A stretch of 63,109 nucleotides of DNA, the filler included, from Octopus bimaculoides (taxonomy: Eukaryota): NCBI RefSeq assembly GCF_001194135.2. It is 5 parts of 4 records of this genome, joined end to end, with 100 filler letters (N's around TTAATTAATTAA, not from the genome) between each part and the next. Parts side by side here need not be neighbours in the genome. Positions count along the whole stretch, not along the records: positions 1 to 20,406 come from NC_068999.1; 4 more parts are not named here. The stretch is one strand, 5' to 3'. This document shows positions 1 through 13,353 of this stretch, one piece after another (positions within the stretch are counted from its first letter, which is position 1; the number at the start of each line of letters is the position of its first letter). Position numbers and translations under genes: made by a program. The notes below the pieces were generated by a model. That model had not been told where the DNA came from. It was given only the letters and a program-made list of their open reading frames with translations, and ran no database searches.

Positions 1-59
<59 letters not shown>

Positions 60-69
60 TTATGTATAT

Positions 70-201
70 ATACGACGGGCTTCCACACAGAATCCGTTTA
101 CCAAATTCTCTCAGAAGGCACTGGTCGGCCAGGAGCTCGCGCTTTGAGACTGAACCCAATGCCAAGTGACTGCAAAGTGAACTTCTTGGGCACACAGCTA
201 C
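70..201 (-). mobile_element. tRNA-derived SINE family A, 5'/core fragment
   Basis: Reverse complement resembles the head/core of the near-intact copy at 59012 (…ttggtaaacggattctgtgtggaagcccgtcgta). Confidence 0.6.
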
Positions 202-333
202 ACACACACACGCACACACACACACACACACACAACACATACGCACATATACACATGCACACTTTATATACTTACACGCATACACACACTCACACACACA
301 CACACACACACACGTATATATATNNNNNNNNNN

Positions 334-389
<56 letters not shown>

Positions 390-1103
390 AACATACATAT
401 ATATATATATATATATACATACACGCACACATACAAACACATACGCACCGTTGACAACAATTAAACGATGAAACAATAAGCGAACCTCAGTGAGATAGCT
501 CAACAAGAAAAAGTAACTAAATCACCCTTAAATTACAGAATGCCTTCTTAAAACTGTAGGCTACAGTGAATAATGTAGTCGTACATTCGCAGTTTTTGAG
601 AAACAAATGGTATTGTCGTGGCTAGAGTGTCAGTCGCACCAGACCGCAGAAAGATTACCACCTTGGTTCTCATAGTTTCTTTTTTTTTTTTTTTTTTTTT
701 TTNNNNNNNNNNNNNNNNNNNNNNNNNNNNNNNNNNNNNNNNNNNNNNNNNNNNNNNNNNNNNNNNNNNNNNNNNNNNNNNNNNNNNNNNNNNNNNNNNN
801 NNNNNNNNNNNNNNNNNNNNNNNNNNNNNNNNNNNNNNNNNNNNNNNNNNNNNNNNNNNNNNNNNNNNNNNNNNNNNNNNNNNNNNNNNNNNNNNNNNNN
901 NNNNNNNNNNNNNNNNNNNNNNNNNNNNNNNNNNNNNNNNNNNNNNNNNNNNNNNNNNNNNNNNNNNNNNNNNNNNNNNNNNNNNNNNNNNNNNNNNNNN
1001 NNNNNNNNNNNNNNNNNNNNNNNNNNNNNNNNNNNNNNNNNNNNNNNNNNNNNNNNNNNNNNNNNNNNNNNNNNNNNNNNNNNNNNNNNNNNNNNNNNNN
1101 NNN

Positions 1104-1176
1104 NGAGGAAGGGGAGGAGGAAGGGGAGGAGGAAGGGGAGGAGGAAGGGGAGGAGGAAGGGGAGGCAGCAGCAGTT

Positions 1177-1213
<37 letters not shown>

Positions 1214-1330
1214 TAGTGGTAGTAGTAGTAGTTGTACTAGGAGGAGGAGGAGGAGGAAGCATAAGGAGGGGTGACTGCAGTAGTTGTAGGAGCAGCTGTA
1301 GTATTAGTAGTAGTTGTTGTTGTTGTTGTT
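1104..1330. repeat. Compound microsatellite (GAGGAAGGGGAG)n/(AGT)n/(GGA)n/(TGT)n
   Basis: Read directly from the sequence; abuts an N gap. Confidence 0.9.
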
Positions 1331-1760
1331 TATCTCTGATCAGGCTAAGATGATGAAATGTGTTGTAGCTGAGACCATCTTGTTTACATAGACACTCTGT
1401 TTGAGCGACAACATGAAGTTCCACCCATTCACGCCTCTTCCCACGTCAAGTGACAATAACATTCTGAAATGATTGTAGAAAGTAACGAAATCTCAAAAGA
1501 GTTGTCGTTGCTATTGTCCTTACACCTCTTCTGCTACGGATCCCCTTTTACATTGAAGTTGATTTCTAACTTAGTAGGTACAAACACACGAATTTCACAG
1601 GAAGAGGTTAATCGATTAAATTGACTCCAGTACTTTGCTGGTATCTTAATTTATCGGCCCCGGCTGTCTTTAATTGCGTATGTAAAAACGCATTGCAAAT
1701 GCAAGTCATTTCGTTCGATTTTCTGATAATGCTATCCATCTGTCTCTTTTCACACTTTAA

Positions 1761-2051
1761 CCCATTACCTACCAGTGATCTCATATGAGATCACTTAAAA
1801 ATTACAAATTTCATAATTATCTGTCAATATTTACACATATCTAACCTTTTTGCTATATCTACTAGGTATATTTCTCTGATATTCAAATGAAGTTTGCTCA
1901 TTTTTCACCCAATATCTCGCTTATTTCTATTTAAAATGTTATTTTGAAATGTTATTTTGATCATTCCAGCGTGCTTCTAAGGCTGTTTTATGCTAGAAAT
2001 CAAAGTTTCATAAAAAAAATTCCAGTTAATAGAATTATAGGAGGAAATGGG
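1761..2051. mobile_element. piggyBac-type MITE (non-autonomous)
   Basis: TTAA at 1757-1760 and 2052-2055; termini CCCATTACCTACC … GGAGGAAATGGG are imperfect TIRs with CCC/GGG ends. Confidence 0.65.
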
Positions 2052-2205
2052 TTAATTAGAAAGTATACACCGATGCGGTAACATTTGACGTAATCCTGAG
2101 ACATAATCAGCTGGACACACGCAATAAGGTTTTACCAAGGTTGGACTTTTTTTTAATCATAGATATAGTAGCGCAACTTATTGGAAATAATAACCGAACC
2201 ATTGG

Positions 2206-2620
2206 CGTATGGCTGAAGAGCTCGCTTTGCAACTACATGGTTCCGAGTTCAGTCTCACAACACGGTACCCTGGGTAAGTGTCTTCTATTATAGTTTCGGA
2301 GCGACCAATGCCTTGTGAATGAATTTGAGAGACGGAGATAGGGTAGAAGTCCGCAGTATATAGATGTCTGCATGTGTGTGTGAGCGCACGTGTGCATGTC
2401 TATATCCTTGTGTTTAACTCCCCACCCCCACCCAGCAACGCTTGACAACTGGTGTTGGTTTGTTTAAGTCCTTGTAATCTAGCAAAAAAACGATATCGGT
2501 ACGTATAAGTACCGGATTTTAAAATAAGTACTAAGTACGGAAGTCAACCAAGCCACCCAAGGCGATATCCCAGCATAGCCGCAGTCCAGTGATTGAAACA
2601 AGCGAAAGTTAAAGGATAAA
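2206..2620 (+). mobile_element. tRNA-derived SINE family A (diverged full-length copy)
   Basis: Head with B-box-like ggttccgagttcagtc, core gcgaccaatgccttgtgaatgaatttg, tail cccagcatagccgcagtccagtgattgaaacaag; similar to 16804 and 57120 copies. Confidence 0.75.
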
Positions 2621-3109
2621 AGGTAAAAATCTTACACAAAATTTACACACAAGACTTCCCTTGTTTAAGACATTAACGGCTTAAACAAGGAAATCATGCA
2701 TTTAACGATGTGCTCCTAGATATTGATGGAGTGGACATGGACGGAACGCCTTTGATCATAGGTCAATTCTATTGGAGTTCATCAAGCGCTAAAATGCACA
2801 ACTTTATGCCAAAACTGCGAATATTAGGAAAAAAGGCTGTACTCGATTATGCGTACTCTATAATGGGACCGAGCCTTTTTCTTATTAGAAACATAAATGA
2901 ATTTGAAATAAAAATATAAAAGCAAAAGTTTTATATTGTAAATGTTGTTGTTGTCGTAGTTGTTGTTGCCATCTTTGTTGCTGTCGTTGTCATTGTGCTG
3001 CTGCTGCTGCTGCTGCTGCTGCAGAAGCAGTTGTTGTTGTTCTTGTTTAGCCCAGAGTCAGCTTCGATAGGCACTCTCGTCATGATGATCCCATATTTTA
3101 AGATTCTCT

Positions 3110-3121
3110 CTCTCTATCTAC

Positions 3122-3176
<55 letters not shown>

Positions 3177-3177
3177 C

Positions 3178-3208
<31 letters not shown>

Positions 3209-3209
3209 C

Positions 3210-3240
<31 letters not shown>

Positions 3241-3241
3241 C

Positions 3242-3280
<39 letters not shown>

Positions 3281-3281
3281 C

Positions 3282-3323
<42 letters not shown>

Positions 3324-3348
3324 CTCTTTCTTTCTCTCTCTCTCTCTC

Positions 3349-3385
<37 letters not shown>

Positions 3386-3386
3386 T
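3110..3386. repeat. (CTAT)n then (CT)n microsatellite
   Basis: Read directly from the sequence. Confidence 0.95.
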
Positions 3387-3404
3387 TATCCAGCTATTAT
3401 CGAT

Positions 3405-4210
3405 TCACTGCCGAGTGAAAGTTTTCTCAAGGGTAGTGCATGAAGACATTCAGTATTCCTCATCCAAGATGAGAAAGGGCCAGTTTTTATACCAAGTCAT
3501 GGACTAGAGAAAAGACCGCGCTGCGAAGCTTTTGAACAAACTCAAGCATTCCCTCCATCCGAACCTGCTTTGGTTTTTCTTAGACGAGAAAAATTTCTGA
3601 CAGAATCAGATGGTGAACACACAGAACAACCGTTGACTTGCCGTGTTCCCAAAACATGTACCGAGAGTGAATAAAAATCAAACATCCAATCACCATCATG
3701 GTGTTTGGAGTGATCACTAGTGATGGCGACGTTATGCCTCCATTCATCTTCCCATACGACCTCACACTCAACACGGAAGACTACATCAAGTGCCTGGCGG
3801 AGGTAGTGCTGCCCTGAGTCAATAGGGTAGCTGGTGGAAGACCCTATGTCTGGCAACAGCACTCTGCACCATGCCAGACAAGCAGGAGAACCCAGTCATG
3901 GTTGTCAGACAATTTCTGCAACCACATCTCCCCTAACATCCGTGTTTAAATCATTAAAGTAAGATAGAGTCACGCGATTTAGGTAAGGAAGTAGATTAGG
4001 AAATACATAAACATCTATATTGTTTTTGTTTCTTTTTTTTATTCTATTATCATATCTATTGTGTTATTTTTATTAATATGTATTTTATTTTTACTTTCTG
4101 TTTGCATCAGTTTACAAAACGAATTACAAACATTGTTAGCTTCAGACTGTAACCCCCTAGATTATTATGTGTGGGGTGCAGGTAAGCGAGTGACCAACAA
4201 AACCCCTATA
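3405..4210 (+). mobile_element. Tc1/mariner (maT/DD37D-like) transposase pseudogene fragment
   Basis: Broken frames give LWFFLDEKNF, IMVFGVITSDGDVMPPFIFP, GRPYVWQQHSAPC and, after an AT-rich interruption, DCNPLDYYVWGA. Confidence 0.85.
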
Positions 4211-5013
4211 NNNNNNNNNNNNNNNNNNNNNNNNNNNNNNNNNNNNNNNNNNNNNNNNNNNNNNNNNNNNNNNNNNNNNNNNNNNNNNNNNNNNNNNNNN
4301 NNNNNNNNNNNNNNNNNNNNNNNNNNNNNNNNNNNNNNNNNNNNNNNNNNNNNNNNNNNNNNNNNNNNNNNNNNNNNNNNNNNNNNNNNNNNNNNNNNNN
4401 NNNNNNNNNNNNNNNNNNNNNNNNNNNNNNNNNNNNNNNNNNNNNNNNNNNNNNNNNNNNNNNNNNNNNNNNNNNNNNNNNNNNNNNNNNNNNNNNNNNN
4501 NNNNNNNNNNNNNNNNNNNNNNNNNNNNNNNNNNNNNNNNNNNNNNNNNNNNNNNNNNNNNNNNNNNNNNNNNNNNNNNNNNNNNNNNNNNNNNNNNNNN
4601 NNNNNNNNNNNNNNNNNNNNNNNNNNNNNNNNNNNNNNNNNNNNNNNNNNNNNNNNNNNNNNNNNNNNNNNNNNNNNNNNNNNNNNNNNNNNNNNNNNNN
4701 NNNNNNNNNNNNNNNNNNNNNNNNNNNNNNNNNNNNNNNNNNNNNNNNNNNNNNNNNNNNNNNNNNNNNNNNNNNNNNNNNNNNNNNNNNNNNNNNNNNN
4801 NNNNNNNNNNNNNNNNNNNNNNNNNNNNNNNNNNNNNNNNNNNNNNNNNNNNNNNNNNNNNNNNNNNNNNNNNNNNNNNNNNNNNNNNNNNNNNNNNNNN
4901 NNNNNNNNNNNNNNNNNNNNNNNNNNNNNNNNNNNNNNNNNNNNNNNNNNNNNNNNNNNNNNNNNNNNNNNNNNNNNNNNNNNNNNNNNNNNNNNNNNTA
5001 TATATATATAGAT

Positions 5014-5048
<35 letters not shown>

Positions 5049-5169
5049 CATACATACATACATACATACATACATACATACATACATACATACATAGACA
5101 GATATTTTAACAGTTTCCGTTAAAAAAAAATGAAAACAATACTTCGTTTTGTATTTGGTTTGCAAGTTC

Positions 5170-5842
5170 TTTAACACCTCCATAATCTTGACCACCATCT
5201 AAGCTTTGGTGTTTCAGGCAGAGCGATTGGTGTCTTTCTCTGTTGTGCCCCACACATAATAATCCATGGGATTACAATCGTGAAAATAAGGACGCCAGAT
5301 ATTGGGGTTGAAGTCGTAAAAATTCTCCGACAACCACTTCTGACTCTCTCTAGAAGTATGGCAAGGAGCCGCATTCTGCTGCACACATGTGGTCTTACAA
5401 CAGTAATCTCTACCAGCCAGTGTTTTAAGACAGCCTGTACGAGCTTCACATAGCTGTTTGAACTGAGCCTAAGACCCTGTTTAAAGAAGATAGATGAATT
5501 CTCGAATACGGATGCTGTCAGAATGCCTGTTGTTTCTCTTTCTGTTGAACACGGCTTCGTAGTCTCCATTGCAGCTGTCTTACAGCCTCTACAGTTTTCA
5601 CAGAGCATTAAACAGCAATCATGATGTTAGCATTTTGTCACCCGGCACGAATCATCATGACACATGTAACACTTTTCCAATATTCAGCTGGCTTCCAGTC
5701 CTCCATGTCAACTAACTTTTTCTCAATTACAACTTTAATCTTTATACTCTCCAACGCTGTTGATTATTCACCGATACATCAAGCTGTTCTTGTAAAAAGA
5801 TGACATTAAAAAAGGTGTTAAATTTAGTCCGAACACCTTGTA
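5170..5842 (-). mobile_element. Internally deleted Tc1/mariner (maT/DD37D-like) element
   Basis: Left end TA-CAAGGTGTTCGGACTAAATT at ~5842; N-terminal MEDWKPAEYWK…; C-terminal SIFFKQGLRLSSNSYVKL…RPHV and IPWIIMCGA (decayed NPMDYYVWGA). Confidence 0.75.
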
Positions 5843-7946
5843 CACATATACATGTATATGCATAAATGTGTGTGTGTGTGCGTGTGTGTGTGTGCGTGTG
5901 TGTGTGTGCGTGTGTGGGGGGTGCTCACCCGATTCAGATGCTCCACCTCATACTGCATCTCATAACATAATGCTTATTTGCATCACTGATTCTTAGTCAA
6001 GCGAAGTGAAATAAAATAGTGACATGAACTTGTAAATACCTATGTCGGTTCATATATGGACATTAAAGTGTATGGACATTAAAATCATATTATAAATCCA
6101 TTTACCAAACATACTTCTCAAATTATTTTCATTTATTTATTGATTGTTTTTCTGCTTTTTATTTGTTGCTTGTTTGTTTTTTGTTTTTATTTTTTTTATT
6201 TTTTGGCTTATATTTTCTAGAACGCCCTTGTCAGCAAAACTGAAATTTCTAAAAAGACAAAACAATCTTGTTTTATGGCCTATTATATTACCTAATACTA
6301 TTATTACTGTCTATAACTGGTTTATTATTTAACAAATACAACACACAAAAAAATGTTAAGTGTAACTATAAAATGTAAATTTTGTATTTATGTAAATAAA
6401 TATATATTATAGAAAATGCAATTTTTATATAAAATATCAAATATAGTAATATATTTTTTAAAAATAAGATTTTTATTGTAGCCGGGAGTGAAGTCAATCT
6501 TTTATATTCTATAGAAACGTTTGAGACGTTATAAATGACTATGACAAGGAATCGATTCTGAGCATCGATGAGAACAGTCTGGAGGACTTTCAGGTAAGAC
6601 ATCAGGGTCAAATTCCCAAATGCCTTCGATCTGCCGCTACTAGTGCAGGGATCATTTGTCTATGCGGGATGAATTCTACAGTCTCAGCTGTTTTGGAACC
6701 GCCAGTAAACTAACCTGTCAAAGGTGTGTTGCAGGACGACGAACCATCCAGCACAACTCGTTCGGTGTCCAAGCATTACTGGTTGCTAGGTTTATGGTGA
6801 CCAGCTATTCTCAAGATCGAGATAGATTCGGGTTTCAGTCGAGATAATCGAAAAATATGAAGTCATCGATTTCCTTTGACTACAAAAGATATGCCTTCTT
6901 ATGTGTTATCGCTATGCTTAAAGATGCTGTAAAGATGCACACAACTGAAAGGTGTAATGAAAAAGCGTTCCTTCTCAGATCAAGCCCTCACCAACACCTT
7001 CAAGTCCGTGTGAAGAAGAAAGAGAAAGATTAGAGGGAAGTGCTGTTCTCCATTAAATTTAAGACATGTGGAAAAATAGCAAGATTAACGTAATAAATGA
7101 ATTTGCTCAATAAAATTGACCCCAGTATACGACTGGTTGAAAGGCAATGTCGTCCACGTTCAAGATGAACAGAAGCGTAACCATATGCTACAGGATGTTC
7201 TGTCTGGAACTCTACCAATTCTGCTTCCCACGACTCTTATCCATTCCTAATACTTCTACAGCCCTTTCTGTTCTTCTTCATTCTTTCTGCTAATGCTGAT
7301 TTCAAATATTAACACTAACCCACACAGTTATGTGAGATCGGCTAGGGAACAGTCGATTATATCGACCTCTGACTGATCGTATCACAGTATGTGTTGGAAA
7401 TCCTGGTCTCACTGATTGCTTTCACATACATATCTCGTGATCTGAGATCATTGAGCAGGCGACCTTGCTTCCAGAGTTACCCCAAACTGCATACATTTAT
7501 GCAACCTACACCAAAACCTGCCATGCTGGTAGAAAAGAAGAGAGGGAAAATGGTTATGAATTTTAATAGATTTTCTTGCAGGTATTCGGGTGTGCTAGAA
7601 TCCCTTTTCTGTGTGAGACTCCTGCAGAAACCCTGAATAAGCCTGTTTAAGACGTAACGCTGGTATTCCTAACGTTATCTTAGGAGCCTCTCACACTCAT
7701 TTCCTTATATTTTTCTATTCTTTATGTTTTTCTATTGCAATCCTTACCAATTTCAAGTCAACCAAGACTTTCTCTGCCTTTATTGAAGGCCACTCCGTCT
7801 GTCTCTTTGTCTCCACTTCGTGCTAATAAAAAATCACAATTCTTTGCTTGCACAAAGTTGGATGTGACACCAATTTATCGTTTTTTGTTCTAGTTGTTGT
7901 TGTTGTTGTTGTTTCGTATGTATGTTTTCTTTTTATAACTGTTTGT

Positions 7947-8280
7947 GACGCGGTTTCGATTCCCAGACTGGGCGTTGTGAGTGTTTATTGAGCGAAAACA
8001 CCTAAAGCTCCACGAGGCTCCGGCAGGGGATGGTGGCGAACCCTGCTGTACTCTTCCACCACAACTTTCTCTCACTCTTACTTCCTGTTTCTGTTGTGCC
8101 TGTAATTCAAAGGGTCAGCCTTGTCACATTGTGTCACGCTGAATATCCCCCAGAACTACGCTAAGGGTACACGTGACTGCGGAGTGCTCAGCCACTTGCA
8201 CGTTAATCTCACGAGCAGGCTGTTCTGTTGATCGGATCAACTGGAACCCTAGACGTCGTAAGCGACGGAATGCCAACAAC
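7947..8280 (+). mobile_element. tRNA-derived SINE family C (5'-truncated)
   Basis: High similarity to 60221-60610 over ~330 bp; B-box-like ggtttcgattccc. Confidence 0.85.
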
Positions 8281-8879
8281 TGTTTGTGAAGGTGGTGGCA
8301 GTGATGGTGTATTTGTTGTTTTTTGTGAATCGAGCATTCTTTCGAGTTGATGTTGACTCGATGTTGACTCTGGTGACCACTGAATGCCGTACTGCGGGGA
8401 TCTTAGCATTAAATACGAGCTCGATCCGCCGAACTTCTTTGTTCTAGACATACTTAATCCCCTGCCATACATTTGAGCATTCGCGACCGTCTCCTGTCGA
8501 CGAGTGTAAAACTCAAGCAGCGATATATGCCAAACTTTTCAGCAGATGCAGCTGGAGTTTCAGGAAGGGCGCATCTCTGCTCTTCTTCAATCAATTTTCC
8601 TAACACTAGCGGCGGCCAATAATTTCGCCCGCTTATCTTCAAAGGACAAACTGCATAATTTCCCGTGAAGGATACTTTGCAATTGTAGCTGTTGGCGATG
8701 TTACTACTGCTGCTGCCTCTTCTTCTGCTGTTACTGCTATTGCTAGCTCTGCTACGAGTGTTGCCGTTATCGTAAACAAAGCTTTTTTTTTTTAATATTT
8801 TGTCCATACTTTGTATGTTTGTACTAGTTTATCTGTATTCGTTACTTGATATATTTGTCATCCTAGGAGATCTTTTACA

Positions 8880-9600
8880 ATAATTTTTACTTTAAAGAAG
8901 ATTCCTAATTCCCTATGTGCTTCGTAGATATTTTGTGTCTGAGTTAGCTTGTAGGTTGTGTATTCTAAAGACAATCATTCCTTTTTATATTTCTTGTCAT
9001 GCTTTGCCAATTCTTTTAGGTTTCTGTTGAGAGTTGACAATATTGTAACAATATCATATGACCAAACAACAAGAATATTTTAGGCTTTAATTTAAGAAAT
9101 TTCTGTTTTCTATAAAAACATCTGTAAGATTTCTGCATTTTTGTCTCCCTCTCTCCATATCTTCCCACCACCACCACCACCACCACATACACACACTGTA
9201 TTCATTCATTTTGTATTCCTGCTTCTGTATTTAACAGAATATTAATGGCTTGTGTTAGTTTTCTTCTCTTTAACGTTGCCTTGGCACAAATTTCGAAATC
9301 GAATTTCAAGCAGATTTCCCAAATAAGAATATGTTTTATATGTAATAGTGTTTTTCACTTGCGTGACATCTCCAGCATAGTACTTGAGGTCATTTATATA
9401 CACAGGACATAAACAATTGAGGCTTCATACCATTCTTATATACATTCAGCCTGCCTTCGCGTGTTTGTTAAAGACACGAAGTTCTTTTAGCTAATATTGT
9501 TTTCACTGGTTGTGTATATGAACAACGGTCAATCATCTATTCGTTGCATTTTTATGTCCTGTGCTCGGATAACTCTTCTGATAGATAATGTTGTTTACGG
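8880..9600 (-). mobile_element. Possible old LINE RT C-terminal relic
   Basis: Weak motifs only (…VTQVKN…YLG; RIDD-like); many stops. Confidence 0.25.
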
Positions 9601-11299
9601 TCGTTAATTTTGCTTTTTGTTATTTTTATTTTATCCAAAGTCACCAGCGGTCGGGGAGACTCGTGATCAAATTCATTCTGTGACCATCCTGTATTTTGTT
9701 TTCAGACAAATTTTCCAGGATTTCATTATCTTTCTTTTTCTTAGACGTGTAGTAAGTGACATTAGTGTTTCGGCTGATATTTCTAGCAAGTTGAATTACT
9801 CCTGTATAGTCTTCCTCGGTGGCATGTCTTCGAAAATGCTTTGGGAAAATGTTAAATTCAAATCTAACGAGAAAACCTCTAATCGGCGGATCCCATTTGC
9901 AAAAAGAGTTGCCAAATCTCTCTCAAATTACACATTGCCTTCTTAAAAAGTAGAAAGGAAAGCTACATTGGACAAAGATAATTATGTCTGAAACGCCTTC
10001 AATCGTGGGTTGATTGGACAGGCCCACGTTCAAAAGTATTCTATGACTTTACTGAGATTTTTTTTTTTTAATTATCAAAGATATAGCTGCTATTTCTAGC
10101 ATGACTAAAAGTCACATAGTGGCAGTCTCGTTGACTTGCGGATGCTGTTTTTCTTTTGTTTAATACCAGCACAATCCGGATTGAATACAAATGCATTCCG
10201 GCTATGACTATCCCATATTTTACTCAAACTTTTTTCATTTAAGATTATTCTCCAATGTGTTACTTCTTTTTTTAAAGATGAGTGTGTGTTTTCAAGGCAA
10301 TTAGGTTGCTCTTTCTAGCAGATCAAACGACTAAATAGTGACTCAGTTATCAGCTTCTTTTTAAATAAATCTGACCCTTCCTCGTAAAAGACTGTAATTT
10401 GTGCTTTGAGAGTGAATTGGCTGCTATTTGAAGCATGTCGAGCGACCGCTTGAGGTTTTCTATATAAAGTGGTAGAGACTTCCTCGTTTATTTGAAAATA
10501 ACAAAAGATTGATATTAATTTATGTTTTGTGTGAAAAGCTGTCTGGGAAATTGTTTAGCACATCGTCTTATTGTTTAGTATAGAGACACCAAGTTAATAT
10601 CGATGCAGATGTTCCGGATGTTTTGAGGGATTTGATCGGTGAATTAGAAAGCCGGGTGTAATTGAAAAAAAATACAAGGAAAAAATAACATTATAAAATT
10701 GCTGGCTTGAAAGTGTATCGTATTTCTATATAATGAACTATTGCGCAAGTGAATTTCCTCTGCAGCATATCTAGTGAGAAAATAGACATCAATCACAATA
10801 TATGATATTATGTGGTTGGCATAAGAAATGCAATTATCGAAGGAAAAATAAAATAGATATTTTCCATGAAGAATTTGTGGAAAAAATCCAAATTTATAAA
10901 AGAAAAACAGGTTGGAAAATAACGCGATATGAAGAATAATTCTCGATGCAAAGGAGAATATAATTTCTTGGTAAAAAAATTTATCAGAGAATTTTTTATA
11001 TTCACAAGCAATATATCACCAAAAACACTGACAACTACAACACTAATCTACATATCATGTGAATGTTCATATTGTTGTTAAAGAGAATTTTAGAAAAATA
11101 ACGGAAATCTTGGATTTATGATCATTTCATGAAAAAAATAAAATGGTTTTATATGTATGGCAGCATCTTTATTGGTTTGATCTACAAGAATGGGTTGTGT
11201 CCATTCTGTTCACATACACTCACAGACTGCTGAGATTTGCTTGGTTAATATTACTCTTGTACAGATATAAAGCAACAGCTGAAGGGAATATATGTGCGG

Positions 11300-12200
11300 A
11301 GTAGGAATTACCAGAGGACTTATATATTGGGAAGAATGGATGATTTTGATGTTAGTAATGGTCCTAACGTGGACACAATATGAGTAATAAGAGGAAAGAA
11401 GGTAAGTGTATCAAGAAAGCCTGAGCAGGCGGAAAGCACGAGAAGCTATAGGTCTAAGGAGCACAGGTATTGTAGAAGCAGTAGAAAATTCAACGAGAGG
11501 AGACAGCACAGCCCGTCTGTGAGTCAGAGGCTGGGATATATGAGTCATTTGATTATGATCAGTCAAGGAGTTACAATTCTGGGTAAAAGCTTCTTAGTTT
11601 AAAGATATAGAAGATTTTCTCCAAAAGCTGTGGGTTCTGTTTTCAGCCTTAACTGCCGCAGCACACTTATGAGGGAACTACTCATGGATACTCAGAGTTT
11701 TACATGTAGGTGAGATGTGGTTTGGTCATCCAACTATCTCTGGTGGTCGGCACAGACCCAGTTGCACTTGATATACCATAGGATGTGGGATATAGCAGTA
11801 TTACATAGCATACGGGTTTAAGAGTGTATGGCTGATAATCATGATGAGGTAATGCAAGAACTGAGGTTTTAATAGATGTTGGATTTGGAAATGAGAAAGA
11901 GTATTTTAGGATGAAATTTCTTTATGTAGGTAATTGTGGATTGCGGGAGATTCAAATACTGCAACCTTGGCACCAGTGTAGGTAACAGTGCGCGAGCCAT
12001 GAAGAGTTGTAAATGCTGAAGGCAACGAGGACTTTAACTTTAGACAGGAGTAAAGTAAGATAGATGTTCTTGGTGCGGGAAGAGATATAGTCAAAGAGTT
12101 ATTGGTGGTTATGAAGTTCGGAAATCATTAGCGGAAAGAAATAGTTTTGATGGAATGGGGGAGATAACTGAACCCGGGAAAGTAGAAGGCTTTATTACTG
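11300..12200 (-). mobile_element. Possible highly decayed Penelope-like element (GIY-YIG plus pyrimidine-rich 3' region)
   Basis: MVYQVQ…C…IVG followed by a frameshifted MTKPHL resembles the PLE endonuclease; a hammerhead relic lies nearby at 13040. Confidence 0.3.
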
Positions 12201-13039
12201 AGTGGAATATACCAGCGTACATTTTATTTGATAACGAACGTTTTGTCTGATGCAGAAGAAACAACCATTCGAGGAGTACAAAAGATACAAAAAGAAAAGC
12301 GATTGTGGAGGGGCATAGATCGTTTTTTCGCCAAGCAAACCTAAATAGGATAGAAACGATTCTCAGACTGATAGAGCTAAATACGAGCTCGTATGTGACC
12401 CAGATTTCATATATGGTATCGAAAACCGTCTAAGAAGCCTTATGGTTACAGCAAAAGAAGTGAAAGAGGGAAGGTACCACACCATTGCTGTTGGTGTCTC
12501 AAACACAATATCAACAATATCAACAACAGCACCATCAGCAAAGGAGGCGACAACAACAGCAGCATAAGTAACAAAAAACTATCTACCAATTCAAAACCAC
12601 TCGTGTATCCACCACTGCCACCACACTGCAAACATACATCTACCCTCTGACCCAGGGCTAATGGATACTGAAGCTTTCTCGTTCGAGGAGGTATGTCGAG
12701 ACAAAGATACAAAAAAGAGATAAGTAAGTACAATCTAAGCCGGAAGCCAAAAGATTCTTCTGTGAATCAAAAACAAAACCACTTCATCACCCACCATCAA
12801 TACCTCATCAGCAATAACAACGTAAGAAAAAAAGCACAAAATGACGACGACTACAATTGAAAAAGTAATAATGAATATAACAGCAACAGCAGCAATTATT
12901 TATCTCCCTTTGAGAGAGTCCCAGTATCGTTTGCCGACAATCAATCTTGTCTAGCATCTACAGACTAGTTTCAGACTAATTCAGGTAAATAATCTTTCGA
13001 ACAGATGGTCAGTAGCGACACCTGCCTGGTTCAGCTGCT

Positions 13040-13080
13040 CTACATTGATAAGGGGCAAATACCCTGAAACTAGTCTGTAG
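13040..13080 (+). ncRNA. Degenerate minimal type-I hammerhead ribozyme motif
   Basis: CTACA-ttgataa-GGGG caaata CCCT-GAAAC TA GTC-TGTAG: stems I and II pair, palindromic stem III ACTAGT, core CUGAUGA mutated at 2 positions. Confidence 0.6.
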
Positions 13081-13307
13081 ATGCCAGACCAGCAAGGGGA
13101 AGCTACTACATTTACCGAAACCATAGATTCTATGCTAAAACAATCCCACAGTTCTTTATGTAATACGTGTTAAATCTTCTAGAGATTCTAATTTCCATAA
13201 CATTTGATTTACGAGTTTACCTATATGTATATAAGTTAATATCCATGCATGAATGTACATATGTGTGTACATACATACTTGTGATTACACACACACACAT
13301 ATATATA

Positions 13308-13353
<46 letters not shown>

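Noticed and set aside
2659-2690. 11-bp hairpin ccttgtttaag/cttaaacaagg
   Set aside because: Short and AT-rich, with no supporting context.
12360-12440. ctgatag…gagct/agctc…gaaaaccgtctaagaa as a hammerhead
   Set aside because: The cleavage-site geometry (A15.1-U16.1-H17) cannot be satisfied with the available stem I.
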